A stretch of DNA of 64,000 nt, taken from contig CP070758.1 of assembly GCA_020348925.1 (NCBI GenBank), positions 2,805,688-2,869,687 on the forward strand, read 5' to 3'. The notes beneath the pieces were generated by a model that saw only the letters and a list, made by a program, of their open reading frames with translations, searched no databases and was not told where the DNA came from. The DNA comes from Gemmatimonadota bacterium. GTDB taxonomy: Bacteria; JBHIER01; G020348925. Position 1 is the stretch's first letter; the number at the start of each line of letters is the position of its first letter. Both the position numbers and the translations under genes were made by a program. Below, in pieces: positions 19,759 to 31,236 of the stretch.

Positions 19759-22700
19759 TTACTTCAGCAGCACCATCCTCTTCGTCATTGTGAAAGAACC
19801 CGAGTCGAGTCGGTAGAAATAGACACCGCTGGCCATGGTGCTGGCATCCCATCTCACCGAGTGATATCCGGCCTCCAGTGTTTCATCCACAAGCACCTTC
19901 ACCTCTTGACCCAGGATATTGTATATACTCAACTTGACCTTCGCGTTCGAAGGCAAAGCATACTCGATGAACGTCTCCGGGTTGAAAGGATTCGGATAGT
20001 TCTGGGCCAGATGGTATTCAAGCGGAATGCCCATCTCTGCCTTGACGAGGACCATGAAACGAGCATAATCCTCGGCTGGGAGATAGGGTTCAAGGGTTTT
20101 GAAGAAGGCCAATGCCTCCGGGGTGACTCTGGCTTTGCATACACCTGGCGCACATTCTCCGGTACCCAGAATAACATTCACAATGCCCAGAGCATCGATG
20201 ACGTCGATATCACCGTCGTCGTTGCAGTCGCCGGTGCAGAGACCGTCACCAGTCAAGGGATCGAGACCCAGAATGTGATTGACAACCCTCAAAACGTCGA
20301 GAACGTCGGTTGCTCCATCAGCATTGGCATCGCCTCTTGTTCCAATACATCCGCCGGTAGGACACCAGCGCGGATCACCGATGCACTGTCCCATATCACC
20401 AAGGGCGATTCCGACAAAAAATCCGCTGACAGTGAAATCGAAATTATCCGGATCAAGGAATTCAGGATCCTCGGAATAGATGTTCTCGATCACGGCCTCG
20501 GGATCGTCTATATTGAATCCGTTCGTGTTCAGCTCCGCACAGTAGGTTACCGTACCGTGGGAAGCATCCACGATCTGACCCGTCTGGTAAAAGATGGAAT
20601 TTGTCACTTCGATATCGGTGAAGTCATTGGCCCCGTCATCATCAGCCCGAATCACGTCGTTGCCCACGTCATAAAAGGTGCACTGATTGACACGGATCTG
20701 CGCATCAGGTACTCCCGGATCCGATATCAATGCAGCACGTATACCGTAGTCACCGATCTCGGCAAAGGTACAGTTCTCAAATGACAACACCCCAAACTGG
20801 CCCGGTGAAACCGTCGGCTCCCGGAAACGGAATCCGTAACTCGGAATTCGGGTGAACATACAGTTCGTAAACCGAATCTCCTCTGCATATTCGGCCGGCG
20901 CATCGGCCCGATAGACATAGCCCTGCAGGACACCTTCGTCAAGACGGCCAAAGTGATCGAACACCATGTCTTCACAGAACAATGTATATCCGAAATCCAC
21001 CACGTCGGCGCTCCGCATGGCGTACTTGGTCGAATCCCTCTCATCCACTATCCCGTCATCGACAAAACCCGTCATCCTGATCCCCGACAACCATACACTG
21101 GAACCGATATCCAGCACATGATCTCCCCCACACTCCCAGATGGGCTTTTCCGCCAGCCCGGCCGCCGCCCTGATGGTGATAGGGAAAGTAGCAGTCACCT
21201 TGACATGCTCATAATAGGTTCCACCGCTGGTGGTCAGCTCGATCACACCTCCTGGACTGACCTGGCTCATAGCTTCTCTGATTCCGTTCTCACCGAAAGG
21301 AACATATACCATATTCGCTTTGACCCATCGCAGATCGCCGACGACCAATCCATCATCACCCACAGCGATCCCCTTGAAAAACTCGCTGACGGTGAAATCG
21401 AAGTTGTCGGGATCGCCGAATTCCGGATCCTCGGCATAGATGTTTTCGATCACCGCCTCGGGATCGTCGATGTTGAACCCGTTCGTGTTCAACTCCGCAC
21501 AGTAGGTTACCGTCCCGTGGGAGGCATCCACGATCTGACCCGTCTGGTTGAAGATGGAATTCTTCACCACGATATCGGTGAAGTCATTGGCCCCGTCATC
21601 GTCGGCCCGGATCACATCGTTGCCCACATCATAAAAGGTACAGTGATTGACCCGTATCTGCGCATCGGGCACCCCCGGATCCGAGATCAACGCGGCCCGC
21701 ATGCCGTAGTCACCGATCTCGGCAAAAGTGCAGTTCTCAAGGGACAACACCCCGAACTGGCCGGGCGGAGAGGTTGGCTCCCGAAAACGGAATCCATAGC
21801 TCGGGATGCGAGTGAACGTGCAGTTCGTAAAACGAATCTCGGAAGCATAGACCGCCGGGGCATCCGCCCGGTAGACATACCCTTGGTATGTGCCGTCATC
21901 AAAACGACCGAAATGATCGAACTCCATGTCGTCACAGATCAAGACATACCCTGAATCCACTACGTCGGCGCTCCTCATGGCATACTTGGTCGAATCCCGG
22001 TCATCCTCAATGCCGTCATCGACAAATCCCGTCATCCTGATACCCGAAAGCCAAACACTGGAACCGATGTCCAGCACATGACCACCACCGCTCTCCCAGA
22101 GGGGCTTGATCTGCAGACCGGCTGCCGCCCTGATGGTGATGGGAAACGTGGCCGTAACAGTGGAATCTTCATAGTACGTACCACTCGACATGAGCTCGAT
22201 CACATCCCCGGGACCCACCTGGGAAAAAGCACTACTGATCTGATTCACACCAGGCCAGACCTGATGAATTGTCACCGGAATCCATCGCGGATCGCCGACG
22301 GTCAATCCATCGTCACCCACTGCGATCCCTTTGAAAAACTCGCTGACAGTGAAGTCGAAATTTTACGGATAAAGGAACTCAGGATCCTCGGCATAGATGT
22401 TCTCGACCACAGCTTCGGGATCGTCGATGTTGAACCCGTTCGTGTTCAATTCCGCACAGTAGGTTACCGTCCCGTGGGAGGCATCCACGATCTGACCCGT
22501 CTGGTTGAAGATGGAATTTTTTACCACAATATCGGTGAAGTCATTGGCCCCGTCATCGTCGGCCCGGATCACGTCGTTACCCACACCGTAAAATGTGCAG
22601 TGATTGACCCGTATCTGCGCATCGGGCACCCCCGGATCCGAGATCAACGCGGCCCGCATGCCGTAGTCACCGATCTCGGCAAAGGTGCAGTTCTCAAAGG

Positions 22701-23301
22701 ACAACACGCCAAACTGACCAGGCGGTGAACTCGGCTCACGGAAACGGAACCCGTAGCTCGGGATGCGGGTAAATGTGCAATTCGTAAACCGAATCTCGGA
22801 AGCATAGACCGCCGGGGCATCCGCCCGGTAGACGTACCCCTGCAGGACACCATCGTCAAAGCGACCGAAATGATCGAACACCATATCCTCACATATCAAG
22901 ACATACCCCGAATCCACCACGTCGGCGCTCCGCATGGCATACTTGGTTGAATCCCGGTCATCCACAATCTCATCATCGACAAATCCCGTCATCCTGATAC
23001 CTGAAAGCCAAACACTGGAACCGATATCCAGGACATGATCACCACCGCTCTCCCAGACGGGCTTGTTTTGCAGACCGGCTGCCGCCCTGATGGTGATGGG
23101 AAACGTGGCCGTCACTTTATCGGTCTCATAATACGTCCCACCATTTGTTATCAGCTCGATAACATCCCCAGGACCCGCTTGTTCGAAGGCGGCGCTGATC
23201 TTATTGTACCCGGAATCAACCATAATCACATTCTGCCCATAGGCTCCTGAGAAATTTAACGTTGCAAGAACAACAATTGATAAAATTAGAATCCTCTTCA
23301 T
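19759..23301 (-). pseudogene. Secreted protein with three tandem beta-helix (pectate-lyase-fold, DUF5123-like) units, dockerin, helical linker and CTD; one in-frame TAA at 22363-22365 (true nonsense mutation or sequencing error)
   Basis: ORFs 22363..23301 and 19759..22320 are in the same frame. The junction reads EFLYP*NFDFTVSEFFKGIAVGDDG, against EFGDPDNFDF and EFLDPDNFDF in the other two repeats. Dockerin GDANADGATDVLD...GDCNDDGDIDVID; tail AQNYPNPFNPET...MVLLK. Confidence 0.85.
20365..23232 (-). repeat. Three tandem ~957-960 bp intragenic repeats (~320 aa each)
   Basis: Homologous DNA such as cgtctgg...aagatggaat recurs at 20581, 21541 and 22498. Protein repeats share RDSTKYAMRSADVVD, GYVYRADAPA and DDDGANDFTDI. 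Confidence 0.92.
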
Positions 23302-23453
23302 TTTTCCCCCCTTTTTAAAAGTTTCTTTGCACTGATAAGAGGATTACCGAATCTTCATGTTCTATTCAGACCACCCCCTTTCAACTTAATCGATTCACAG
23401 TTCTCATCCTACCCCTCTCGATCTGTCCCTCTCAATCACCTCCTTTCTCTCTT

Positions 23454-24430
23454 TTAATGGTAGTCTGTCGTGATACATCGGGCAAATGGACTCGATTTCC
23501 CGGCAATAAAATAAGAGACGTTATCATATTCCAAGGACATGTCGTGGAGATCATGGGCCCCCGGCTCTCCCCTCCACGATCCATTCTCGAAGGTACCCCG
23601 AACGACCACCCGATACATCCAGGCTGAGAGGAGTGCTTCGGCTGGGACAAACAGCAGTTTCGTCGCTTCGGGATCGGGATCAATGGGCGGATCCGATCTC
23701 ATTCCCGCATCGTAGGTATCCAGAACAGCGCTGGGACGATAGGGGAAAATGGTACCGACCGTATCGTTTTCACCGTTCACAAAAGAGAGGGTATCCCCCC
23801 ATTCTGTAAAAATTACTGTGCCGCTCGTTGAGATACTTTTCTGGTCCACCATCTCTTTCTCATTCCACGTCAGGCTCCCGTCGTCACTTCTGTAAATATC
23901 AGTGGACGTTGTCAGGAATATGCCGTTCGGTGACCCGTGATTTAGGAAAAATTCCGCGATCGTGTCGCCCGGTGAGGGGACGGAAAGCACTGTCCAGGTG
24001 GTTCCGGCATCAAATGATGAATAGAGCTCCCCGACGGTAGCCACAAAGAGGTGCGAGCTGTTGTCCGGATCGAAACGGATGATCCTCGATGTAGGAGTAT
24101 CCAGTCCCTGTACCGATGCAAACCAGTCTTCCCCCGCATTATGGCTTTTATAAATACCCCGGTTATCCGTCGCGGCATAAAGGATGTTGCTGTTGTTCGG
24201 ATCAACAACAACATCGAAAATGCGGGAGCCGGGTAGTCCGTTCCGTTTCATCTCCCAGGTCGAACCGCCATCAGTGCTTTTATAAATATACCGTCCGAGA
24301 GTTGCGGCATATACCGTCATGCTACTCTGGAAATCAACGATGGTTTTAACAATCGTTCGGTCGCTTCGCCAATTGGGCAGCTCGCCGGTCAACTCCCAGG
24401 TCGTTCCCTTATTGTAACTTACAAAAATTC
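23454..24430 (-). CDS. C-terminal part of a BNR/YCF48/sortilin-like beta-propeller protein with an Ig-like tail; 5' part lost in the gap
   Basis: Asp-box repeats SYNKGTTW, KSTDGGSTW, KSHNAGEDW, SSFDAGTTW and RSDDGSLTW; the frame is open up to the N-run. Confidence 0.8.
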
Positions 24431-24530
24431 NNNNNNNNNNNNNNNNNNNNNNNNNNNNNNNNNNNNNNNNNNNNNNNNNNNNNNNNNNNNNNNNNNNNNN
24501 NNNNNNNNNNNNNNNNNNNNNNNNNNNNNN
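24431..24530. other. Assembly gap (100 N placeholder)
   Basis: Run of exactly 100 N. Confidence 0.99.
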
Positions 24531-24905
24531 AACACTAGATATGGCAAAGCAGCTGAAACTCCAAAAGTGATGTTTTTCAAAGAAAACATGCAATTTAATT
24601 ATTTCGCATATGTTGTATATTTCCACCAATATTTATAGAAATCCAAGTCGATTATAGAATATAATAAGACTTCTCCACCAATCTATTAATCCCAGTCCTT
24701 AAAAAATAAATATGCATGATTTGCAGCTATTGAGCCTATAATGCATACATTCAAATATTACAGATATTCATGTTTAGTTGTGTAAATAGTTTGAATAAGG
24801 TAAGATACGGGAAATCAACGGTTTTTTTATATTGAATGGTATGATTGTTGCATATATAGATTATGTATTAATCTATCCACATCCATCGAAAAAGGAGGTA
24901 AGACG

Positions 24906-25949
24906 ATGAGTAAGAGATTGAACATCATTCTCGTGTTCTGCGTTCTTACACTTAGCTTCTTCACTTCAGTTGTGACAGGTCAAATTGAGGTACTTCAACC
25001 TGGCGGTGCTCTTAATCTAAGCAACTATGATACGCTCAGTTGGAGAACCCTGGACAATCCAACGATGAAATTCTGGAACAATCCAGGTAGTCCGGGTGAC
25101 TCAATTGCTGTCTGGTTTCAACCAGAAGGCCCCTGCAGTTTGATAGCACTCAGATTTTATCCAATTGATTGGGAGGGAGATTGCTTGGCTAACGTCTGGG
25201 ACGGTTCTCATTACGATGGACACATCACAACCATTGACAGCACAGATACAAACGGATGGATTGGCAATGATGTTGACGGTGAATGGACTCCTGGGCCTGT
25301 TTTAGGGCACTCCCCAATCGGATGGGAGTTGTATAGTGATCGTCATTACTGGGGTCAGTTTCCGTTCGTTATAACTTCGACACATCTGGGTACATGGTTT
25401 GAGCTTCCTGCTGATGCAGGAGGCCACAAACAAGTAAATCTGGGAAGTGAACCCTTTTTCGTTACGTTGACACTCTACCAGACATATGGTTTCGGCTGGG
25501 CCGCTGAAGAGGAGGGCACAACCCCTTACCACACCTTCTACTATTATGCAGACCTCGACCACGGCAAACCCGGTCCTTCCGGGAACTTTGGCTGGCACAT
25601 CCACAGCCCATCAATCTGGTTTGAAGCTGTCGTCAAGTACTACGACGTTACATCTATTGAAGAGAACAGCGAAACAAATATCCCTAAAAAATTCTATTCC
25701 TATCAAAACTATCCAAATCCATTTAATCCGGAGACAACGATCGAATACACCTTGCCTAAAGCTGTCAGTGTTAAAATTGAAGTATGTAATTTGCTAGGAC
25801 AGGTTGTTGACGTGTTAGTGGATTCTGAAATAGAAGCTGGTGTTCATCTTGTGAATTGGGTTGGAGAGGATTTTTCAAGCGGAGTGTATTTCTATCGTTT
25901 AACCACAAAAGAATATACTGAGACGAGACGGATGTTGCTTCTGAAGTGA
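24906..25949 (+). CDS. Secreted protein of unknown function with T9SS-type-A/FlgD-like CTD (no dockerin)
   Basis: AAGGAGG ribosome-binding site before the ATG; signal peptide; Trp/Gly-rich body; YQNYPNPFNPETTIEY...SGVYFYRL...RMLLLK. Confidence 0.85.
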   Translation: MSKRLNIILVFCVLTLSFFTSVVTGQIEVLQPGGALNLSNYDTLSWRTLDNPTMKFWNNPGSPGDSIAVWFQPEGPCSLIALRFYPIDWEGDCLANVWDGSHYDGHITTIDSTDTNGWIGNDVDGEWTPGPVLGHSPIGWELYSDRHYWGQFPFVITSTHLGTWFELPADAGGHKQVNLGSEPFFVTLTLYQTYGFGWAAEEEGTTPYHTFYYYADLDHGKPGPSGNFGWHIHSPSIWFEAVVKYYDVTSIEENSETNIPKKFYSYQNYPNPFNPETTIEYTLPKAVSVKIEVCNLLGQVVDVLVDSEIEAGVHLVNWVGEDFSSGVYFYRLTTKEYTETRRMLLLK

Positions 25950-26308
25950 TTTCTGTGAATTTTGGGGAAATCTAACTAATCTGTTCAAAATCTGACAGTG
26001 AAGTTTTTCTTTGATAACACGTACTTTCCCAACCAACTAATACGTACCTTTCTCTCGAAATATATAGTGCTTTCCCCCATAGATTCTTCAGATATCGGAT
26101 TCAGAATACGAGCACTACTATTGCATAGCTTCAGAAGAATTCTTCAACATTCATTGGGTATTATTCCAACCCGAATTTTCGAATTATTATGCCTCACTCT
26201 CAACACTCATGTAATGAACTACAAAAGAGCATAAGAAATGAGGGATTTTGAGCAACGAACTCAAGGAGCCTGTCCCGAATCCTGAATCAAGGCCGGGAAA
26301 GACTCGCT

Positions 26309-26971
26309 TCATACTTTTTCAGCTAACTCCTTTCCGAGTTCGTAACATTTTTTCAAGAGTATCTGATTCCGCTGGTAATCCTTTTCTGCAAGAATTGCAG
26401 GTAGCTTCAATTTAGGATAGAGAGTGCGTAATTCCTCTTCATTCATTTTCACCTGATTGGCAATGGCCAGTCGAGTTCCTACTATGGTCCGGAGTTTATT
26501 TTGAGGGCCGAGGATGGTTGTGATGTATTTGAAAAGATCTATGACGGGTTGAGCGTCGGCATCGCTGGAAGAGCCAAGAGTTAGTATGAGAACGAAGTCT
26601 TTCTTCCACTCATGCCAGGGAATATATATTAATCCGTTCTCTGTGATTTGGACATGGAGAAAAGAACGGAATCGATCCAGTATTTTCTTCATTGATGCGG
26701 TAAGATGGTGAAAATAAATCGGTGAGGCAATGACGAGGACATCGGCAATGAGTATCTTCTGGCTCAACTCCAGCCAGTCATCACTCTTAATAGCGCAACG
26801 CTTCAACAGATTACATCGCAAACAACCCTTGCAATATTTAACATTCACCTCTTCAGCAATGATCTCCTCAATTTCCGCTCCACCCTCCCGCGCTCCACGA
26901 AGCATTTCGGCTAATAAAAGTGACGAGTTTCCTCTTCGACGAGGGCTCCCGGAAAATGCTAAAACATGCAT
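26309..26971 (-). CDS. Flavodoxin-family iron-sulfur flavoprotein (NADPH-dependent FMN reductase family)
   Basis: GSPRRRGNS FMN-binding loop; CKGCLRCNLLKRC four-Cys cluster; ADVLVIASPIYF...MKKILDR. Confidence 0.88.
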   Translation of the reverse strand: MHVLAFSGSPRRRGNSSLLLAEMLRGAREGGAEIEEIIAEEVNVKYCKGCLRCNLLKRCAIKSDDWLELSQKILIADVLVIASPIYFHHLTASMKKILDRFRSFLHVQITENGLIYIPWHEWKKDFVLILTLGSSSDADAQPVIDLFKYITTILGPQNKLRTIVGTRLAIANQVKMNEEELRTLYPKLKLPAILAEKDYQRNQILLKKCYELGKELAEKV

Positions 26972-27008
26972 TTTAAATCCAAAATCAAAATGACAAAATT
27001 CAAAAGTA

Positions 27009-27138
27009 TGTCATCCCCATAACTTTATCCGCTTGAGCCACGCGGTTAGAGGCTTGGCGGGAATCCAAATACGACCCAACCCCTGGATTCCTGATTACGG
27101 ATCCCCGATCAAGTCGAGGACAAGCGTCAGGAATGACA
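27009..27138. repeat. Cruciform palindromic intergenic element, copy B, with nested inserts
   Basis: TGTCATCCCC...GGGAATCCA...TGGATTCCTGA...[GGATCCCCGATCAAGTCGAGGACAAGC]...TCAGGAATGACA. Confidence 0.7.
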
Positions 27139-27166
27139 CCACCCCTATTCCGAAGAGCTTGATAAC

Positions 27167-27535
27167 TCATCCTGTTTCGACAAAAGAAGTGTCCTTAAAG
27201 TAATCGCTGATAGAAACGATTTTTCCATCCTTCACCCTGATTAAAGTGACACCTTGATTATGGTAAGGATTTCCCTTATTATCCTCCCCATCATTGGACC
27301 AGACAGCACATGCCCGATCCTCATCAACAAGTATGTCTTCGACTGTGAATGCTAAACGAGGATATTTGCGGAACAGGATTTTGAAAAATAGGAGGATCCG
27401 CTTCGGTCCTTGTAAAACCTCTGTCCCGGGAAAATCGAAAACGGCATCTTCAGCAAGGCACTGTTCAAGATCCGATACGTCACGATTGTTAAAGGTATCG
27501 AAGATGGTTTGGGTAAGATCTCTGATGTCTTCCAC
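27167..27535 (-). CDS. SnoaL-like/NTF2-family protein
   Basis: FDTFNNRDVSDLEQCLAEDAVFDFPG...GVTLIRVKDGKIVSISDYF pattern, 122 aa. Confidence 0.85.
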   Translation of the reverse strand: MEDIRDLTQTIFDTFNNRDVSDLEQCLAEDAVFDFPGTEVLQGPKRILLFFKILFRKYPRLAFTVEDILVDEDRACAVWSNDGEDNKGNPYHNQGVTLIRVKDGKIVSISDYFKDTSFVETG

Positions 27536-27859
27536 TTATAACCTTCAGGGTACAAAGGATTCAAACCTTCTAAAAACAAAGAAGAGTGTTCAACGGTCCT
27601 AAGGATCTCGGATACAAGCCTCAAACTGCAATCAATAATAATATTGAGGGTTCCTCTTGTCAAGAAAATTCCCGGTACACACTGAAGCATGGACCGAATG
27701 AAACGAAATAGGTACCGGAGCTTAAGTTTTCAGTCATATATACTCGATAATTTCAGATTCGAATGCATTACCCGTCAATAAGATACTGTTTTAACAAACG
27801 GAAAAACGATTGTCTATGACGTACGACACTCCTGTTGAATTTCACGTCCGCCCACCCAC

Positions 27860-28297
27860 TTAAAGCTTCTTCCAAAAATGATACGCTTCACTGACGAAAC
27901 CTCTCTTTTCATAAAATCTGTGGGATGCCTCACGATGAAATGCAGAATCCAATACTATCCCCCGGCACCCTTTCAATTTTGCTGTTTCCATAATTCGCGT
28001 CAGGAGCTCTGAGCCAATACCCTTGCCTCGATGGGCTTCATCAACGACGAGCTCCTCGATGCATCCCAACTGCCCTTGCTGCCACAAGCTGTTATTCACT
28101 GCGAGGGTGCAGAACCCAATAATATCAGAGCCAATGGTTGCACATAGATAATATTCGGAATCTGACTTCAAACCTTTTTGGTAGATCTTTTTGAGATCTT
28201 CAATATTGAGAGATGCATCAGGCCATAATTGACCAAGCAGCTTGACAATCTGATCGAAATCCTGCTTCGTACATTCCCGAATGACTGCCATCCTCAT
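27860..28297 (-). CDS. GNAT-family N-acetyltransferase
   Basis: IEELVVDEAHRGKGIGSELL acetyl-CoA motif and HRFYEKRGF. Confidence 0.92.
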   Translation of the reverse strand: MRMAVIRECTKQDFDQIVKLLGQLWPDASLNIEDLKKIYQKGLKSDSEYYLCATIGSDIIGFCTLAVNNSLWQQGQLGCIEELVVDEAHRGKGIGSELLTRIMETAKLKGCRGIVLDSAFHREASHRFYEKRGFVSEAYHFWKKL

Positions 28298-28370
28298 GTC
28301 CTATTCTTTTTCAATCCGAAATGCTTATACGGTAGAGGTTGCACTCCCACGATTGCTCTTGCCAGACAAA

Positions 28371-28733
28371 TCATGGCCAAAGTCCGATGAGACCTGGGAG
28401 GAGTAGGAAAAGCGACTCTCCTGTACCAGACCTGTACACAACTGCCAGGAATCCAGGGTATAAGAAAATGGTGGCATACAAATTCATGGCGAATCCCGTA
28501 ACAGCAAATAATCGTCCGAGACGAGAATTACTGCGTATCACTGTGACCATTCCACCGATAAGAAAAAGCGGACCCAAGACCAATTGATCGGGCCAGACAT
28601 AACCCCAATCAAAACGACCGTAGGGTAATTTCGCCATCCCCTCCTCTGCAGCTGCAGGCCGAAACAGCTTGCTCTTTTCGAGCAGGAAAAACGCCAGACT
28701 GTATTCAACGGACAGAACAGCAATGACTTTCAT
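28371..28733 (-). CDS. Small hypothetical membrane protein (possibly a gene remnant)
   Basis: 120 aa ORF with about 3 hydrophobic segments, co-directional with its neighbours; no family motif recognised. Confidence 0.4.
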   Translation of the reverse strand: MKVIAVLSVEYSLAFFLLEKSKLFRPAAAEEGMAKLPYGRFDWGYVWPDQLVLGPLFLIGGMVTVIRSNSRLGRLFAVTGFAMNLYATIFLYPGFLAVVYRSGTGESLFLLLPGLIGLWP

Positions 28734-28873
28734 ATCGGATCTGATTTCATTTCCATTCCGGCGGTTCCTTTGCCTTCCCTAACCAACCTTCCTTTTTCAG
28801 AGGATAATTCGTATTTGACCACGGTTTGTAACGGCTCTGTTTTGTCACCAAGGTTCATGACAACAAGTAGCAG

Positions 28874-28907
28874 AAAAAAGCCGCCCTGGGTGTGAAACCA
28901 GGGCGGC
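28874..28907 (-). terminator. Rho-independent terminator
   Basis: Perfect 10-bp stem GCCGCCCTGG-8 nt loop-CCAGGGCGGC with a 6-U tail on the - strand, just after the stop at 28933. Confidence 0.9.
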
Positions 28908-28932
28908 AAAAAATACTCCACAGACTCTTGAA

Positions 28933-31236
28933 CTATTTCATGAGAACCATACGCTTCGTGGCTGAGAAGTTATCCGCATCAATGCGATAGAAGTAGACTC
29001 CGCTGGCGGCATCCTTACCGTCCCACCGAACCTTATAGTTGCCAGGTTCCTGTTCACCGTCAACCAACACCTTCACTATCTGACCCAAAACGTTGAAGAC
29101 CTCAGCCTTCACTTTCGAAGTTTTCGGCAAGCTGTATTCAATCGTCGTCACCGGATTGAAGGGATTCGGATAGTTTTGAGCAAGACGATACTCAGCCGGG
29201 GTCAACGCCTCCTTGACCAAGACCATGAATCGATCATAATCCTCAGCCGAAAGATACGAATCCAGCGTCTTGAGAAATTCCAGAGCCGCAGGCGTGAGCT
29301 TCGCATTGCACGCACCCGGGGCACACGCACCGGTCCCGAGAATCACATCCACAATGCCCAAGACATCATAGGCATCGATCGCTCCGTCGTCGTTGCAATC
29401 GGCCAGGCACAGTCCATCGTCCACCAGGAGCGCTATCCCCAAAATGTGCCTCACGGTCGAGACGACATCCAGAACATTGAAAGCGCCATCGCTGTTGACG
29501 TCACCTCTGTCACCACCCCAGCAACCGGGTTCCTTCGTCAGGCGCATCAGCTCCCAACCTCCCTCGGGTCTATCATCCGTCAGATCGGTCATGAGGTTCA
29601 TCGGATTGGCCGATCCTATGTACAGCGCATCGTCCGCCAGCATGGTACGAACGCCGTAGTTGGAATAATTCCCGACGCCGTCCACGAATTCAGGAAAAGC
29701 CGGCGACAGTGACGAGGGAAAGCGAAAAAGATCCGCACCGAACTCGTTCCACACCAAGTCAATCGGTAAGTCTCCGGCTAAGTCTAAGAGATCTTCACCG
29801 AGTAAGAAACTCCAATCCATAGTGCCGACAAAAAGCTGATTCTCATACACCGCCATGGTCCAGGTGTAGTTGTTGAAGACGTTATTGAAGCCCGAAAACC
29901 CGTAGAGGGGCTCTTTGCCCAAATTGTTCGGCACGATGTCCCAGCCCGTCTCGGGATCGTAGGCCGGCAACTCCGCCAAACCGTACAGGACATCGACCTC
30001 TTGCTCCTCAGTGCCAAAATTTCGTCCCCGGAAAATACTGATGGCCCGATAGGTGCCGAGAAAGGCAGAAATGTAGGCTGCTGAATCCGCCGGGGTTCCG
30101 TAAACCATGGTAAAAACTCTCAACGCAAACAACGGGACATGCATTGTGCCCCAGTACAAGTAACCGTCAAAGGACGCTACGGCGCCGCCGCCGGTCGTAG
30201 CGGCTGAGACCGGGTCCGGATCATAGTCCGACATCTTCCAAACCTTCGTCCACGATGTTGAATCGGCACTGGTGAGACCGCTCATGGGTATCTCCGGACT
30301 CATCCAGATACCGGCCTCCAATCCCCACGTCGAGACATAAATTCGCCCCTCGTGATGTGCCAGCTCAGCCCCATCAGCATCTATTTTCCCCACCTCCTCA
30401 AACTGGAAGGGATCATTGGCATCCCCCATCCAACGCAGGATCGCACCCCCACCCTCTGCGCCCACGGCAGTGTACAGAATCCCATCCGCCACAAGCCATT
30501 TCCGAATATTATTATAATCCAGTAATGTATTCGATCCGAGATAGTCACCCGTCTCCGTATTGAAAGCAAAAAGGTTGATCCCTCCTTCCTGGCTCATGGC
30601 AGGTCCGGCCAGGAACACGACATTACCGAGGGTTCCTGCCGAGCGGATCCCTGTCGTTTGTATGACTTTTGGATCGAGGGGGGTCTTCTCGGTCAATGTC
30701 TTGTCCCTGAGATTGTAAACAAAAAATCGAGCCGGTCTCCAATCACCCGCAGCAGCCGGTATAGGTGGCGAGTAGGGGCCTGAACCAAACTCGCACACCT
30801 GGAACTCGTTTTCATAAGCCTCCGTGCTGGCCAAGTAGCCACCGTTAACCAGACAGTTGACGTTTGGTGCCGTACCGAACCAGAGACCGTCTCCTGATTT
30901 GGCAAGACCCCAGACATAAGCCTGGTTCACTTTGGGCACACCACCCTCAGCGCGGCACGAGTCGGGATCAAGGCCGGGTGAGAAATCATTCCGGGCATCT
31001 CCTATACCAAAGTAACATTCATCCGGCGACGCCTTGGCCAATAACTCCCTGATCAAAGTCGCCGAGGACTGCGCAGCCGGCATATCGTACGTGTTCACCC
31101 AGAATTCTTTCAGTTTCTTTTGAATTTCATCAGGGCCAGTTGCCATAACATCCGAATTTGCGTTCTCCCCGCCGTAGGTTATTCCAGCAAGAAGCACTAC
31201 GAACACAGAAACTAAAACGATACTCTTGGACTGCAT
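28933..31236 (-). CDS. Secreted protein: uncharacterised probable beta-propeller cargo, dockerin, helical linker and CTD
   Basis: Start moved to ATG 31236 (GGAGG RBS, MQSKSIVLVSV signal). Short-strand repeats LWFGT, LYWGT, LFVGT and LYIGS; dockerin GDVNSDGAFNVLD...ADCNDDGAID; AQNYPNPFN...MVLMK. Confidence 0.85.
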   Translation of the reverse strand: MQSKSIVLVSVFVVLLAGITYGGENANSDVMATGPDEIQKKLKEFWVNTYDMPAAQSSATLIRELLAKASPDECYFGIGDARNDFSPGLDPDSCRAEGGVPKVNQAYVWGLAKSGDGLWFGTAPNVNCLVNGGYLASTEAYENEFQVCEFGSGPYSPPIPAAAGDWRPARFFVYNLRDKTLTEKTPLDPKVIQTTGIRSAGTLGNVVFLAGPAMSQEGGINLFAFNTETGDYLGSNTLLDYNNIRKWLVADGILYTAVGAEGGGAILRWMGDANDPFQFEEVGKIDADGAELAHHEGRIYVSTWGLEAGIWMSPEIPMSGLTSADSTSWTKVWKMSDYDPDPVSAATTGGGAVASFDGYLYWGTMHVPLFALRVFTMVYGTPADSAAYISAFLGTYRAISIFRGRNFGTEEQEVDVLYGLAELPAYDPETGWDIVPNNLGKEPLYGFSGFNNVFNNYTWTMAVYENQLFVGTMDWSFLLGEDLLDLAGDLPIDLVWNEFGADLFRFPSSLSPAFPEFVDGVGNYSNYGVRTMLADDALYIGSANPMNLMTDLTDDRPEGGWELMRLTKEPGCWGGDRGDVNSDGAFNVLDVVSTVRHILGIALLVDDGLCLADCNDDGAIDAYDVLGIVDVILGTGACAPGACNAKLTPAALEFLKTLDSYLSAEDYDRFMVLVKEALTPAEYRLAQNYPNPFNPVTTIEYSLPKTSKVKAEVFNVLGQIVKVLVDGEQEPGNYKVRWDGKDAASGVYFYRIDADNFSATKRMVLMK

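Noticed and set aside
20365-23232. CRISPR array or mobile element as an explanation of the repeats
   Set aside because: The repeats are in-frame protein domains without spacers. No cas, transposase or integrase genes were recognised anywhere in the window.
24531-24629. N-terminus of ORF 23454..24629 as given in the ORF track
   Set aside because: It is read across a 100-N placeholder gap, so the frame is not meaningful. The sequence right of the gap is AT-rich and looks non-coding.
25998-26234. 78-aa plus-strand ORF
   Set aside because: No clear RBS or motif, AT-rich intergenic context; unsupported.
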